DNA of 64,000 bases from an uncultured virus (IMG/VR IMGVR_UViG_3300032331_003338) (Duplodnaviria; Heunggongvirae; Uroviricota; Caudoviricetes), in IMG/VR virus record IMGVR_UViG_3300032331_003338; one strand, 5' to 3'. Position 1 is the stretch's first letter, and every line of letters begins with the position of its first letter. Below, one piece after another: positions 16,501 through 23,523 of this stretch. The notes beneath the pieces are model-generated. The model was not told the origin of the DNA, did no database searches, and saw only the letters and a list, made by a program, of their open reading frames with translations. A program made the position numbers and the translations under genes.

Positions 16501-18308
16501 ATGTTAAAAACCTTGGAGAAACATACGCAAATCTTTATGACGATTATGTACTTTCTGGCGGTGGAGTAGGAAAACTTGAGGGCGGTGTGGTGCCATCAAA
16601 TTACAACGAGTATCTGACCCGTCTAGGAAAATCTCAGGGGTGGACTTCTTTTGCCGGGCGCTCCTCTGGTCCGCAGATGGGCAGATTGTCAAAAACACCA
16701 TTTAAGAGTCCCGGATATGGTTTGCGCCCAGGAAATATTCTATATAACCCTGGAGCCCAGGCAGGAGTAGGATCTATTATAGACATGGTGCAAATGGCCA
16801 TGACTGGAACGCTTAGTGCCGCTGGCGCAGGGGCGTCCATCGGGCTTAACGCCCTAAGCATGATACCTAAATTTGGCGGGCCCCTAGCTGCACTAGCTGG
16901 CCTCGCTTTGACTCACGCAACTGGTGGGAATACGATGCGCGCGCTATTCTCAACTATTGGCTCTATTGGAGGCGGACTGCTGGGCGGTTTCGCGGGATCT
17001 TTCCTCGCCCCTGGAGTTGGAACGGTTGCCCTTGGGTATGGGGGGTCAATGGCTGGCGGCGCACTTGGTGGATCACTCTATGACCTCCTCTTTGGCGGCC
17101 CTGGTGGCTCAACGGTGCAGGGTTCCTTCCGCAAGAGCGCATTTGACATTCCTGGCAAGGCATGGGGCGGGGCAGTAGGCCCCTCCGGCCCTGAAGGGGC
17201 TAACTTTACAAACTTTGGCGACAAGGGCAGGACTACCGGGAAAATGCCAGCTGCATTCCTTGATCGGTTCATGAAGTATGGGATGCAAGGCCTATACAAC
17301 ACTCCGTGGGAAAAATATATTGGTGGCAGCTACATGCCGGTCTACGGTAATGCCGTAAATGCTTGGTGGGACCGCCTCACGGTAGCCTCTTCAGTTCCAT
17401 TTAGCTCACTTCCTAAGTACCAGCAACTGAACGAGATTATGTCCGGAGCATATCTTCCTCCAGAGTTTTACACCGGAAACAAGGAAAACCTTTCATATGC
17501 AGAGCTGATGGCGTCTCGTGGGGCCAAGTTCCCCGGCGTGGTACAGGGGTGGATGACAGCGTTTGGTGAAAAGCCAGCAGTCACCTATTGGGACCGAGGG
17601 GCTAGGGAGAACAACCCAGAGAACGCAGAATACCTTAAATACAATAGGCTTTACAACTGGTGGCGGAAAGTCGGACAGTTCGGAAACTATAAGGGGTATG
17701 ACGACCCGTACTACCGCTGGACCAAAACTATTGATCCAAAAACAGGCATCCTTACCGACACATGGCCAGAAACTGCCCTAAGCAGGAAATCTAAAAGGGT
17801 TCAGGATCTCATCCCTGAAATTTCTACATGGATGCTTACCCATGCGGGCCCAATGACGCAAGGCTGGTTTGGCAAGGAGTGGACCATGGACCAGTATAAG
17901 TCTTCCCCATGGGGTAAGAAAATGTTTGGGCCATGGAAGGACATCATGTTTGGCGAGGGCGGGTTTGTAGGCGACATAGAGAAATACTCGCAGAGAGTAC
18001 AGCAGGGGTGGATGGGTGAGCGCTATGCGGCAGGGGGAAGCTATCGACAAAATCGAGCATTCCTTGTTGGCGAAAATGGCCCAGAGATCATGGTTCCGGG
18101 TGGGCTAGGAGGATCGATCATCCCTAACCACAAGCTGCGCGGACCAGGAAACATCGGGTCAATGGCCAGCGGCCAGAGCGTCAACGCCTCTGTCATTATC
18201 AACAATCCAACCGTGTCAAACAGCGCAGATATTGATAAACTAGCCGCAAAGGTAAGCGAGGCTCAAACACGAGCCCTGCGTGCAGCTGGATATGTAAGGC
18301 CGTCATAA
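7509..18308 (+). CDS. Tape measure protein, 3599 aa, with accessory domains
   Basis: Follows the chaperones. TMP core at ~11650-12400 (LRDFANVTNF...GDAVAALGG...YALGQMNSAGRV..NDMMQLANAGI), a hydrophobic repeat region, and C-terminal A.GG...VGE.GPE...PN motifs. Confidence 0.92.
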   Translation: MAEENVARVGIALDSAAFQDGVSRALRDIDRLLSGLKTLQNANRQISLAAGGGMFGSGSKSPVSNFARDINRNAIPALRDMERNAIRVGGAVRRSMAEIGRLSSAAEQAQIRQERAAITAQRRAMNTSSRRGRSARDEGLFGTVSSTPSFEDPRSNSGKIAARYVLRSLEELITSESENYPKIMQPRPRGGGGRTASRGSQETVQSVATKFAPGKIFNTSTNLEEGLPVTIIGPGGEKFVLSGNGRVMGLRQLSKAPQGRVPIVSAVEGFVTGNPSLFGGSTGVEETLKAVAKIAKAKQTPILTRELVSTMTQLGERESGKLGLGLNTRTAMSESEMAMAVSKLLQRPPTGLAKGTPGKILSGGGQAVQEFIGQVLEVLPPQVVRSRYQTSSGESNKQFQQLLEGVAMSSAYGNNPATEAMITKLLEGGKTGLPPAIQGALRRNLGPQLTLRGRIASGAIPAEMDPIYNNLPQAIELLASAGKSYGPKFTSEQIGTQQGMEPASPQALKLAQAMRKAGSAGLPAFFEAIAQYGKRAVSASAPTLGLDPSSFTADPEAALRIASSAATRLASHKGPKTEEVLSSIVEAAIKEFATPEVLQPAAKKAARGSAAKKVQKAVEEKVEQVAEVVAEAVVDPKATQMRRPESERFFKVNPRAIGTAQGSGRARAGGYVPYAEASEAQRGKYNMTLLGGYAELEKQYAEAQAEAEYMKENFASRPGAAPHASVQRAEALRTKLTELRGVMIERGLAQPTMAEQIAEIFTGPESSSAGLTPTRTSGGGSGGGGGGRRRTTSGSGGGGGGEEPKVPKWIENFQNAVTAAGFDPQSLQYLNSSFKFGNTAAAIEPGLHGQSRAALGALQQYAAVRQLSMVQMSRGLLGKGGANGFWQPGATGEEGGIALGGLGSRTAAPLLRTFIHEIAHGTFNALMSGGYKPQGKVEMFGPRGEALGPTSARSLLSPYGESTASGHVDPAFYRSQAMISKAGGALLPQLAFHRMVEEIMPQGHNTQGIGMGKFSQLLTPHLKEFASPEQAQGAEEFVKFSARMMEAASNFTQGSIGRGGALSIMSEGIQQLGASSKAFPSTFFLEATSVVGNALKGLEAGDPANLTKMSNALMNAAALSAGPGEFRPGIAVASKAAEEVASYLSNASIEEKAAIALGANPKLLGDTSFNPGNQNHIKAVNEAIAQIAATASETARGASVARFANGQRIETPYAATQGLLGPYAPGSLMAQTSPLQFPGGSFQQRMQWYASQTPGQRAVEGPIPGAYARATESRFLGISPSYQKSYIQSRNRLELEAGQKSSAQQQFVESANASARFSSVQSKLNLVVQDGSIQFGHLSRALTSTGDGFTVSTINALKFAAAIAVGQQITGSIVGAFEHLKGGIIGFNAMLEAASVGFNTLFKNAGRSIKEAEAETTKTIATLRDFANVTNFRFGDLETAALRMQAFGFEVDTAKAALKGQMPVLYEVKNVIAENATGTKQFAGALVNIGDAVAALGGEDDKLRRITYALGQMNSAGRVYQNDMMQLANAGIAGYDILAKALLQEIEASPTLKKANAAIYNKLMNPATAVEEVRRLAKTGRLFGPGAVQAILGGLEERYGGGMKAFSRTFVGALTTVADTSQSLVATSFNPLFSVVRDLTIQLADFLQTAEATTAATGFAKTISGIAEAIRSGLPSAISMVNKVVSAVTDTFGKLAGSAASGTSSLGGFFQNAIKGLSTIGDVLQNDVIRNFGATLVTAKLVLGFISSNPLLATITASTAALGFLATAVQTNQFGLGTAFDKISGPLQSSLSNIGNNLLPSISGSLTSAATVIGTAIASLLQAFAPLIQIILEIVNVVSGAMKPFSSILGIALALFVGKQILIDGVASAMARFAMFTDKAASSIDKMKMQWFAAKELQAFERFGQQTFTAQMVPPQYNKAGELTRQGEVISGPFGGPGQGLSSPLLYKIVNAQLAAEAAKSGFKYTNQNEGLIGAQKISAESMPIAGDQAITALAWLKGLKKSDESAYNQVIQGATPSERLQLEEAMNAGIRNVVGTLTAFKNSVMAIEGNFNRLKFVAAALAEKLGGISNLATGMGVLVSVIGSLTGSESLQQLGATLTTLGIAGSALTGVFNGLKLAFGMSSLAAAITMVITALGVWALNLAGTYPDKKKKLDEVEGIFRDYATNKGLDFNTPYNQLEDPALKWYRDNIKPDMGLLITEITPELQAFIDRIREINNQAASDRAAMNPRYRRQRNESQIEQYAIRGYTPEQIASFMGLDLTYVKNFFNKLVQDGGEAGQNITKILTAQLDASGEALKKAQDILEKATAAFERPLNRLMSRVQTLISELFADEKKKLEEAKNAALANIEVLYNGETIRLGVLQEQYDVLSAQKKEMEEMQRLEDLRTKASEAALGMFDAGTDPLERARAARDAARQLFSEGEQMRLDSMASTIESAKKSVPYTATSEDYDQRVKALEVDQQERQRVLTETIDDLMRKVKNGKLTAAEAKKMLYDAFSQTGLDLSVAAAQGYDFMDSFSSGFMGALEKNIDRTFKNLPKFITSALRVLKEDAAYKKAQDELANILNPTDDSARVSGSRVIAARDARLGEAKRILSALQLAENMPGQTQAQKDKLVQQMSQLAIYISKLEKTNISADQTYPQTDLTLIMENFTANTSGILKMLYALFGFQQTQSWWQSGVPLANRPGDLTPENYRASGGAVGAGTYMVGERGPEMLQMFPNGGGYVVPNHKLPSGMRSSAAALGGGIMGRAWGGGVGPVNPEDPWIKRYPISSPMEQRDERLFGWSGRTGPRDGMKYVMDWGDLVIDEDAYEDLAKKAESQGRTVKDFIEQLSVQVRKSVLLAPQGMFDTRTARTRPQVHITSGQVHENAAALNGSTLRNLIYLFTKTQASDGTVFTNSPADLLGTVPHEFGHLIHQRQNLNKTVLKKPGILIEALKRFNIFDIPFGATSSWKNLQREDILAGPAKGMPGNRSILDSIKAIGSGKGKSQTYFNPGPMSHYVKNLGETYANLYDDYVLSGGGVGKLEGGVVPSNYNEYLTRLGKSQGWTSFAGRSSGPQMGRLSKTPFKSPGYGLRPGNILYNPGAQAGVGSIIDMVQMAMTGTLSAAGAGASIGLNALSMIPKFGGPLAALAGLALTHATGGNTMRALFSTIGSIGGGLLGGFAGSFLAPGVGTVALGYGGSMAGGALGGSLYDLLFGGPGGSTVQGSFRKSAFDIPGKAWGGAVGPSGPEGANFTNFGDKGRTTGKMPAAFLDRFMKYGMQGLYNTPWEKYIGGSYMPVYGNAVNAWWDRLTVASSVPFSSLPKYQQLNEIMSGAYLPPEFYTGNKENLSYAELMASRGAKFPGVVQGWMTAFGEKPAVTYWDRGARENNPENAEYLKYNRLYNWWRKVGQFGNYKGYDDPYYRWTKTIDPKTGILTDTWPETALSRKSKRVQDLIPEISTWMLTHAGPMTQGWFGKEWTMDQYKSSPWGKKMFGPWKDIMFGEGGFVGDIEKYSQRVQQGWMGERYAAGGSYRQNRAFLVGENGPEIMVPGGLGGSIIPNHKLRGPGNIGSMASGQSVNASVIINNPTVSNSADIDKLAAKVSEAQTRALRAAGYVRPS

Positions 18309-18309
18309 T

Positions 18310-21300
18310 ATGCCAACCTCTAATGTAACCGGATCTATTTCCGTATTTCTGCAGCCAAAGCTGCTTAACCATACCCCCCTGGGGGATGGGTTCTTCAACA
18401 TAACTAATCGAGTTATGTTCTCTGAGTCAGGAAACGATTCAACCTTTGAGTTCACCCAGAGCTCGGACGGAAACCAGTCCACGGCTAAGTTTTCTCTTTT
18501 TACAATGTTTCCAATCTCTGCCACCAGGTGGTCGGGGTACTCTGGTGCTACTGTTGACAATAAGGTTGCCAACGCACTAGTCGATCCAACGTTTGACTTT
18601 GAAATCCCTTCCCGCACAGAGTTAAAGATCTACGAAGGCGATGACCTCGTATTCGGCGGCATCGTTACCGAAGTCTCAAGGGTGCGCCAGGGCGGCATGA
18701 TTATCATGGAAGTGAAGTGCGCAGACTACACCGCGCTGCTTGACGAGCTCGTGATTGACCGCTACAAGGTTCCATACCTTGCCAAGGACTACGAGATCAT
18801 CAAGGGTGGCTTTAGTACTGACGCTGACGAGAACGCCATAAAGATTACCAAACTGAACGACGGGGGCTCTGGGTCTGTCCGGGAGATCGTCGTATCACTT
18901 GATGACGCCCACGACCTTACGGTTGGCCAAGAGGTCATCATTGACAAGACAACAAACTACAACGGCACATGGACTGTATCCGAGATACTCTCCTTGTTTG
19001 CATACAAAGCCACAAAGAGCGGGACCGCCCCATACAGCGCAAGCAGCGAAACCAGTGGTCGCCACATCCCAAGGACCATCTCGTTCTTTGACGACATCCG
19101 GACAACTGATCCGTATTCTGGTGCAACCTTCAATGCTGGAATCACCTTTGATTCGTCGAGCGTCAAGGAGGAGCTCAGCCAGGTGCGTTTTAGCCCTGTC
19201 ACTTACCTTCCCGACCCTAAGTTCCCTGAGCAGCTTGGGGCAAAGATATGGATACCATTTGGAGATCCGAAATCTAGCTCCGGACGCCTTACATTTGACC
19301 CAAAGAGTGGCGACACCACTACGGACCTTCGGCTTGCGCGCATTGAGAGCACGATTGTTGAGCGATACGCGATAAAGTCCATATCAACAACGGCACAAGG
19401 AACTTCACCTGACCTGTACTACACCGTTACAATTATGGGAACGCACTACATCACTGACGGCACCAGGGTTGGCATTCAAAACGCACTCTTTGGCGACCCT
19501 AACAACGTGACGCAAATGTTTAGGGTTGATAATGTTGCAAGCGATACAACGTTGCGAATCTACACTGAGCAAGGCGTGAATATCACTCCGATTACTGCCG
19601 CCATTACCGCGGCTACCAGCGCTAACGGAAAAACAACATACACTGCGGTTAATACATTCAAGGTTGGGGACTTTGTTGGAATCTCTGACATTACTCAGTC
19701 TGGATCAACTGGAACGTTTAACATCCCCATGGGCACGATTACTTCGTGCACGCCCACCTCATTCACTATTAACAACACGACTACTAATACGTATACATCT
19801 GGCGGATTTGCAAGCGTAAGCTTTGTGACAATATCTGATCCTGCAAGCCTTCAGGCAGCAGAAAAGCGATTCCGCATAGTGGCCGGATGCAGGCCAAACA
19901 TTACTGCAACAGACGATATCCCTTCAGACTCATCGGGAATTGGCGAGATTTGGTTTGACGCAAAAATTGGAATCTCTGGAATCCCTACAGGGAAATATTT
20001 TAATAAGAATGAAATAGCATTTATATCTAAGTCAAATCAATTTGACGGAAGGATTCGTGTAGAGGCAAACGATGACGACTCCGGGTCTGGGCTAGAAGAG
20101 AACTACTACGTTGCAAGGTGGAAGCGAAGAAAAAATATTGTCACGCTTCAGGTGGCAAGAAAAGCAGCTGACGGTAAGATAAAGTTCACCCGACGTCATC
20201 CATTTGAAAAAGGTTCAATTATCACAATCTCCGGGACAACTGGTCCAGCAGGTGGCAGCACTAACGCACCAAATGCCAATGACGTTACTATTACCAATAT
20301 CGTAGATGGAATGATTCAGTATGAAGATGCTGGAAAGCCACATCCAAAGCTTCTGAACTTGACTCAAGCACAACGAGCTGTGACTAGCGTTACTATCTCA
20401 TCAGCCGTCTTGACCAAGCCGTATGTCATGTATGCAGACTCACGAGAGGGAACTGGAAACACCTACGGACAAACGCCTGAGCGCATTGGCTATAACGCCG
20501 TGCTTTCGCACTTCCAGTGGGAGTGGCAGGCTGTGGCGGGAGGAGATCGAGCCGCGGGCACCCCAAGCCCTATATTCACCACAATGCCATACGATGCGCT
20601 TGAATACATTGGTGGAAGACAGGGTGTAAAGTTTGTTGGAAGCAAGTATAACGCTGTGTCGTCAGCGATGCGATCAGAGATCTACAGCGTCAAGCGATCA
20701 GGAACATTGGTCACCGTGCAAACATATGCCCCCGTATGGTTTCCCGAGGGCGGAGTTGTGCGAGTAGACAGTGGGGTATCCTCAGTCAACGGTACATTTA
20801 CTGTCGTTGACGTCTCGACTGAGGATACTACCCCTGGATTTACCTATAACACTGCAACCTCAGGAACAGTGTCAGAAACGGTAACAACCGGATACGCATA
20901 TAATGAGCACAACGGGTTCTGGGCAATGGGTAAATCATTCTCTGCAATCTGCGTGGTCCGCGTCAATGACAGCCTTCCTTCTGCTAGCCAGTTTTACACC
21001 ATATGGCATCACGGATCTATTACAACCGGACAGAGAAGGGAACTAAAAGTTGATAGCACGGGGCAAATTATCTTTAGCCCAACTTCGTCTACTAACGTTT
21101 CTACCGGCCTTACGCTTCTTGCTGACGAAGATGCAATGATTTACGTTTCTCTTGATCATACAAACGGTAATTTGAGAGTTAGAAAAAACGATGAAACTCC
21201 ATACACGACGACGCTTGGATCTAACTACAGCGGCACTACTGACCCTCGAACCAACGGAGATGTTGCCTCAAATCTAACCATTGGCCATGGCTATAGCTCA

Positions 21301-23523
21301 TCTTCTGTTCCAAACAATTTCCTTAATGCCACGCTTGGGGATTTTATTGTTTCATCTAAGTGCCTGAATAACAACGACGAGCTGCAATTTATTTCCTGGT
21401 TTGCTCACTGGTACACGCTACAAGATAAACTACAAGACGATAACGATTATCGTGACATTATAAATCTTCCAGGCAAGACCAGGACAAATCGAGCCAAGGA
21501 GCCGTTCAATGGCATGACGCTCCGCCAGGCCATGGACTATATTTGCAAGAAAACTGGATGCCAATATTGGGTAGACCAGACTAAGACGTTGCACTATGTG
21601 CGAAGAGATATAAAAAATCTTGTCAAGAACCCGACGTTTGAGGACACGTACGGTGGGTTCAGCATGGCCAACTGGACAACTGGGTCAGGGTTCTCTATTA
21701 CCTCACGAACTGGAGGCCCATACGGATATGGATATGCGATGCAATGCTCTGGAACAACGGCCGTTCATTCGTACTCTAATCTTTTTGCCGTAAGCCCCGG
21801 GAATGCATTGTGGGCATCCGCAATGATCAAATCATCAGATGTTTCAAAGAGTCGCCTAAAGATTAGATTTTTTAATGCTTCCGGTGTTCAGGTTGGAGCA
21901 GATAAAACCATTGGGTCTGGTCTTGACGAAGATAACACGTGGCAAAAAATGTGGGGCATTGTTGATGTCCCGTCTAGCGCATCTATTACGCAAGCTGCTG
22001 TGGTATTTGACCACAATAGCAAGGTTGTCACATACACCGACTATTATGCAGATCCAATTTGCGTCATTCTTGACGGAGAGTTTGGGTTTGCCGACTACGG
22101 CAGAGCACCAGGTTCCAGCTACGAACTGCTGTTTGACCCACAATTTAATGACCCTTCAACAGGAATCTACGCACTTAAGACATTTGAAACGCCGCAAAAC
22201 ATTAGCCAGCATGGAAGCCAGTCAAACCGACTGTACGTTTATGCTAAGGCAACCTCGGTAGACCGAACTGGCGACGTAATAATGGACAATGTGGTTGCCG
22301 GTCAGGTAATACGTTATACCTTTGACTTTGTTCAAGGCGTCTGGGCATCCCACGGAAAGCTCATTGAGGCCTCTACGACAAATTCAGACGTTGAAACGCT
22401 GGCGGATGCAACAAAAGCTGCATCAACATTTTGGGCGGAAAATGGCCAGGCCATCCAGTCGTATGAGTTTGACCACTCAACCAATGCTTCCAGCGGAAGG
22501 CTTTCTGTCGGATCTGTTGTCCCGTACCTTTGGACAGAAGTTGGAATTACCGAACCTCTTGTTGTTAAGTCCCAGACTACAAGACTGATTGGCGGAGAGT
22601 TCTACTATTCGGTGCAACTTGCTGGAGAACCAGCATTCCAACAGAACGCTATTATCCTTGTAAAGAAGGATAAGCTAACAGTCAGCCTTGGAAGCGGTCA
22701 GCTTGCGTATACTCGTCCAACCTCTATCTCTAGTGTGTTAGCCACAGCCCAGGACGAAGATGGCCTAATTAGCGCCAACGATTTGCGCGTCTTGTTGCAA
22801 TGGAGCTTTGACGACAATGATCCTCGCAACACGCTTGTTAAGGGATTTGAGGTGCAGCGACGAGCACAAAAGCTTGCCAAAAAGGCCATTGGTCCAGGTG
22901 GTTTGACTAACCGATCTCTGATCGGAGATGTGGCAATTCGCCGTACCGCTGCACTTGCAGGGAAATACTCAACAGTAAAGCTTGCACTTTCAAATGCCAG
23001 CGCTATTCGAGTTGGCGATCTGATCACTATTGATAACTGGAAAAACGCCAAAAAGTTTACAAAGGGAAATCCAAGTATTAATGGAACATGGTCGGTAACA
23101 TCTGTTCAGAATTCTGGGCGGGTCGTTTGCTTTAAGATGCTTGCCCATGCCGACACCGCAATAGCGGTATCAGCTCAGACTAAGGCGCAAGTTGCAGCCC
23201 AATGCCCGAGCCTCGTCATTAAATGGCGAGAGCATGGAGCTGCCGAGGCGGCGACTGAATGGCTTGGCTTCAATAGCCTTGTGACCACAAAGAGCTTCTC
23301 TGACGATGGGGAGTTTGTTGGGGCCGGCAAAAGCAGCATCAATTATCGTTACCAGTATAGAATCCGGGCCGTTGCAATTACTAGTGATGATGCTAAACTG
23401 TATGGAGACTGGACTTACGTTCCAGAAACCTCCGTCAGTTCGCTTGTTGACAGCAGCTGGATCTATGTAACACGTGATTTGCGCGTTGCGGCAGCCGCGC
23501 CGGTCGAAGAGGACCTCACATGA
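18310..23523 (+). CDS. Baseplate hub / tail tip protein with inserted beta-repeat, LamG-like and CBM-like domains
   Basis: Hub-like VFGGIVTEV...CADYTALLD and TLRQAMDYIC...YWVD...LHY; repeats H....G..V.I....NG...V; NLVKNPTFE CBM-like start; terminal YQYRIRAV...GDW FnIII-like strand. Confidence 0.75.
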   Translation: MPTSNVTGSISVFLQPKLLNHTPLGDGFFNITNRVMFSESGNDSTFEFTQSSDGNQSTAKFSLFTMFPISATRWSGYSGATVDNKVANALVDPTFDFEIPSRTELKIYEGDDLVFGGIVTEVSRVRQGGMIIMEVKCADYTALLDELVIDRYKVPYLAKDYEIIKGGFSTDADENAIKITKLNDGGSGSVREIVVSLDDAHDLTVGQEVIIDKTTNYNGTWTVSEILSLFAYKATKSGTAPYSASSETSGRHIPRTISFFDDIRTTDPYSGATFNAGITFDSSSVKEELSQVRFSPVTYLPDPKFPEQLGAKIWIPFGDPKSSSGRLTFDPKSGDTTTDLRLARIESTIVERYAIKSISTTAQGTSPDLYYTVTIMGTHYITDGTRVGIQNALFGDPNNVTQMFRVDNVASDTTLRIYTEQGVNITPITAAITAATSANGKTTYTAVNTFKVGDFVGISDITQSGSTGTFNIPMGTITSCTPTSFTINNTTTNTYTSGGFASVSFVTISDPASLQAAEKRFRIVAGCRPNITATDDIPSDSSGIGEIWFDAKIGISGIPTGKYFNKNEIAFISKSNQFDGRIRVEANDDDSGSGLEENYYVARWKRRKNIVTLQVARKAADGKIKFTRRHPFEKGSIITISGTTGPAGGSTNAPNANDVTITNIVDGMIQYEDAGKPHPKLLNLTQAQRAVTSVTISSAVLTKPYVMYADSREGTGNTYGQTPERIGYNAVLSHFQWEWQAVAGGDRAAGTPSPIFTTMPYDALEYIGGRQGVKFVGSKYNAVSSAMRSEIYSVKRSGTLVTVQTYAPVWFPEGGVVRVDSGVSSVNGTFTVVDVSTEDTTPGFTYNTATSGTVSETVTTGYAYNEHNGFWAMGKSFSAICVVRVNDSLPSASQFYTIWHHGSITTGQRRELKVDSTGQIIFSPTSSTNVSTGLTLLADEDAMIYVSLDHTNGNLRVRKNDETPYTTTLGSNYSGTTDPRTNGDVASNLTIGHGYSSSSVPNNFLNATLGDFIVSSKCLNNNDELQFISWFAHWYTLQDKLQDDNDYRDIINLPGKTRTNRAKEPFNGMTLRQAMDYICKKTGCQYWVDQTKTLHYVRRDIKNLVKNPTFEDTYGGFSMANWTTGSGFSITSRTGGPYGYGYAMQCSGTTAVHSYSNLFAVSPGNALWASAMIKSSDVSKSRLKIRFFNASGVQVGADKTIGSGLDEDNTWQKMWGIVDVPSSASITQAAVVFDHNSKVVTYTDYYADPICVILDGEFGFADYGRAPGSSYELLFDPQFNDPSTGIYALKTFETPQNISQHGSQSNRLYVYAKATSVDRTGDVIMDNVVAGQVIRYTFDFVQGVWASHGKLIEASTTNSDVETLADATKAASTFWAENGQAIQSYEFDHSTNASSGRLSVGSVVPYLWTEVGITEPLVVKSQTTRLIGGEFYYSVQLAGEPAFQQNAIILVKKDKLTVSLGSGQLAYTRPTSISSVLATAQDEDGLISANDLRVLLQWSFDDNDPRNTLVKGFEVQRRAQKLAKKAIGPGGLTNRSLIGDVAIRRTAALAGKYSTVKLALSNASAIRVGDLITIDNWKNAKKFTKGNPSINGTWSVTSVQNSGRVVCFKMLAHADTAIAVSAQTKAQVAAQCPSLVIKWREHGAAEAATEWLGFNSLVTTKSFSDDGEFVGAGKSSINYRYQYRIRAVAITSDDAKLYGDWTYVPETSVSSLVDSSWIYVTRDLRVAAAAPVEEDLT

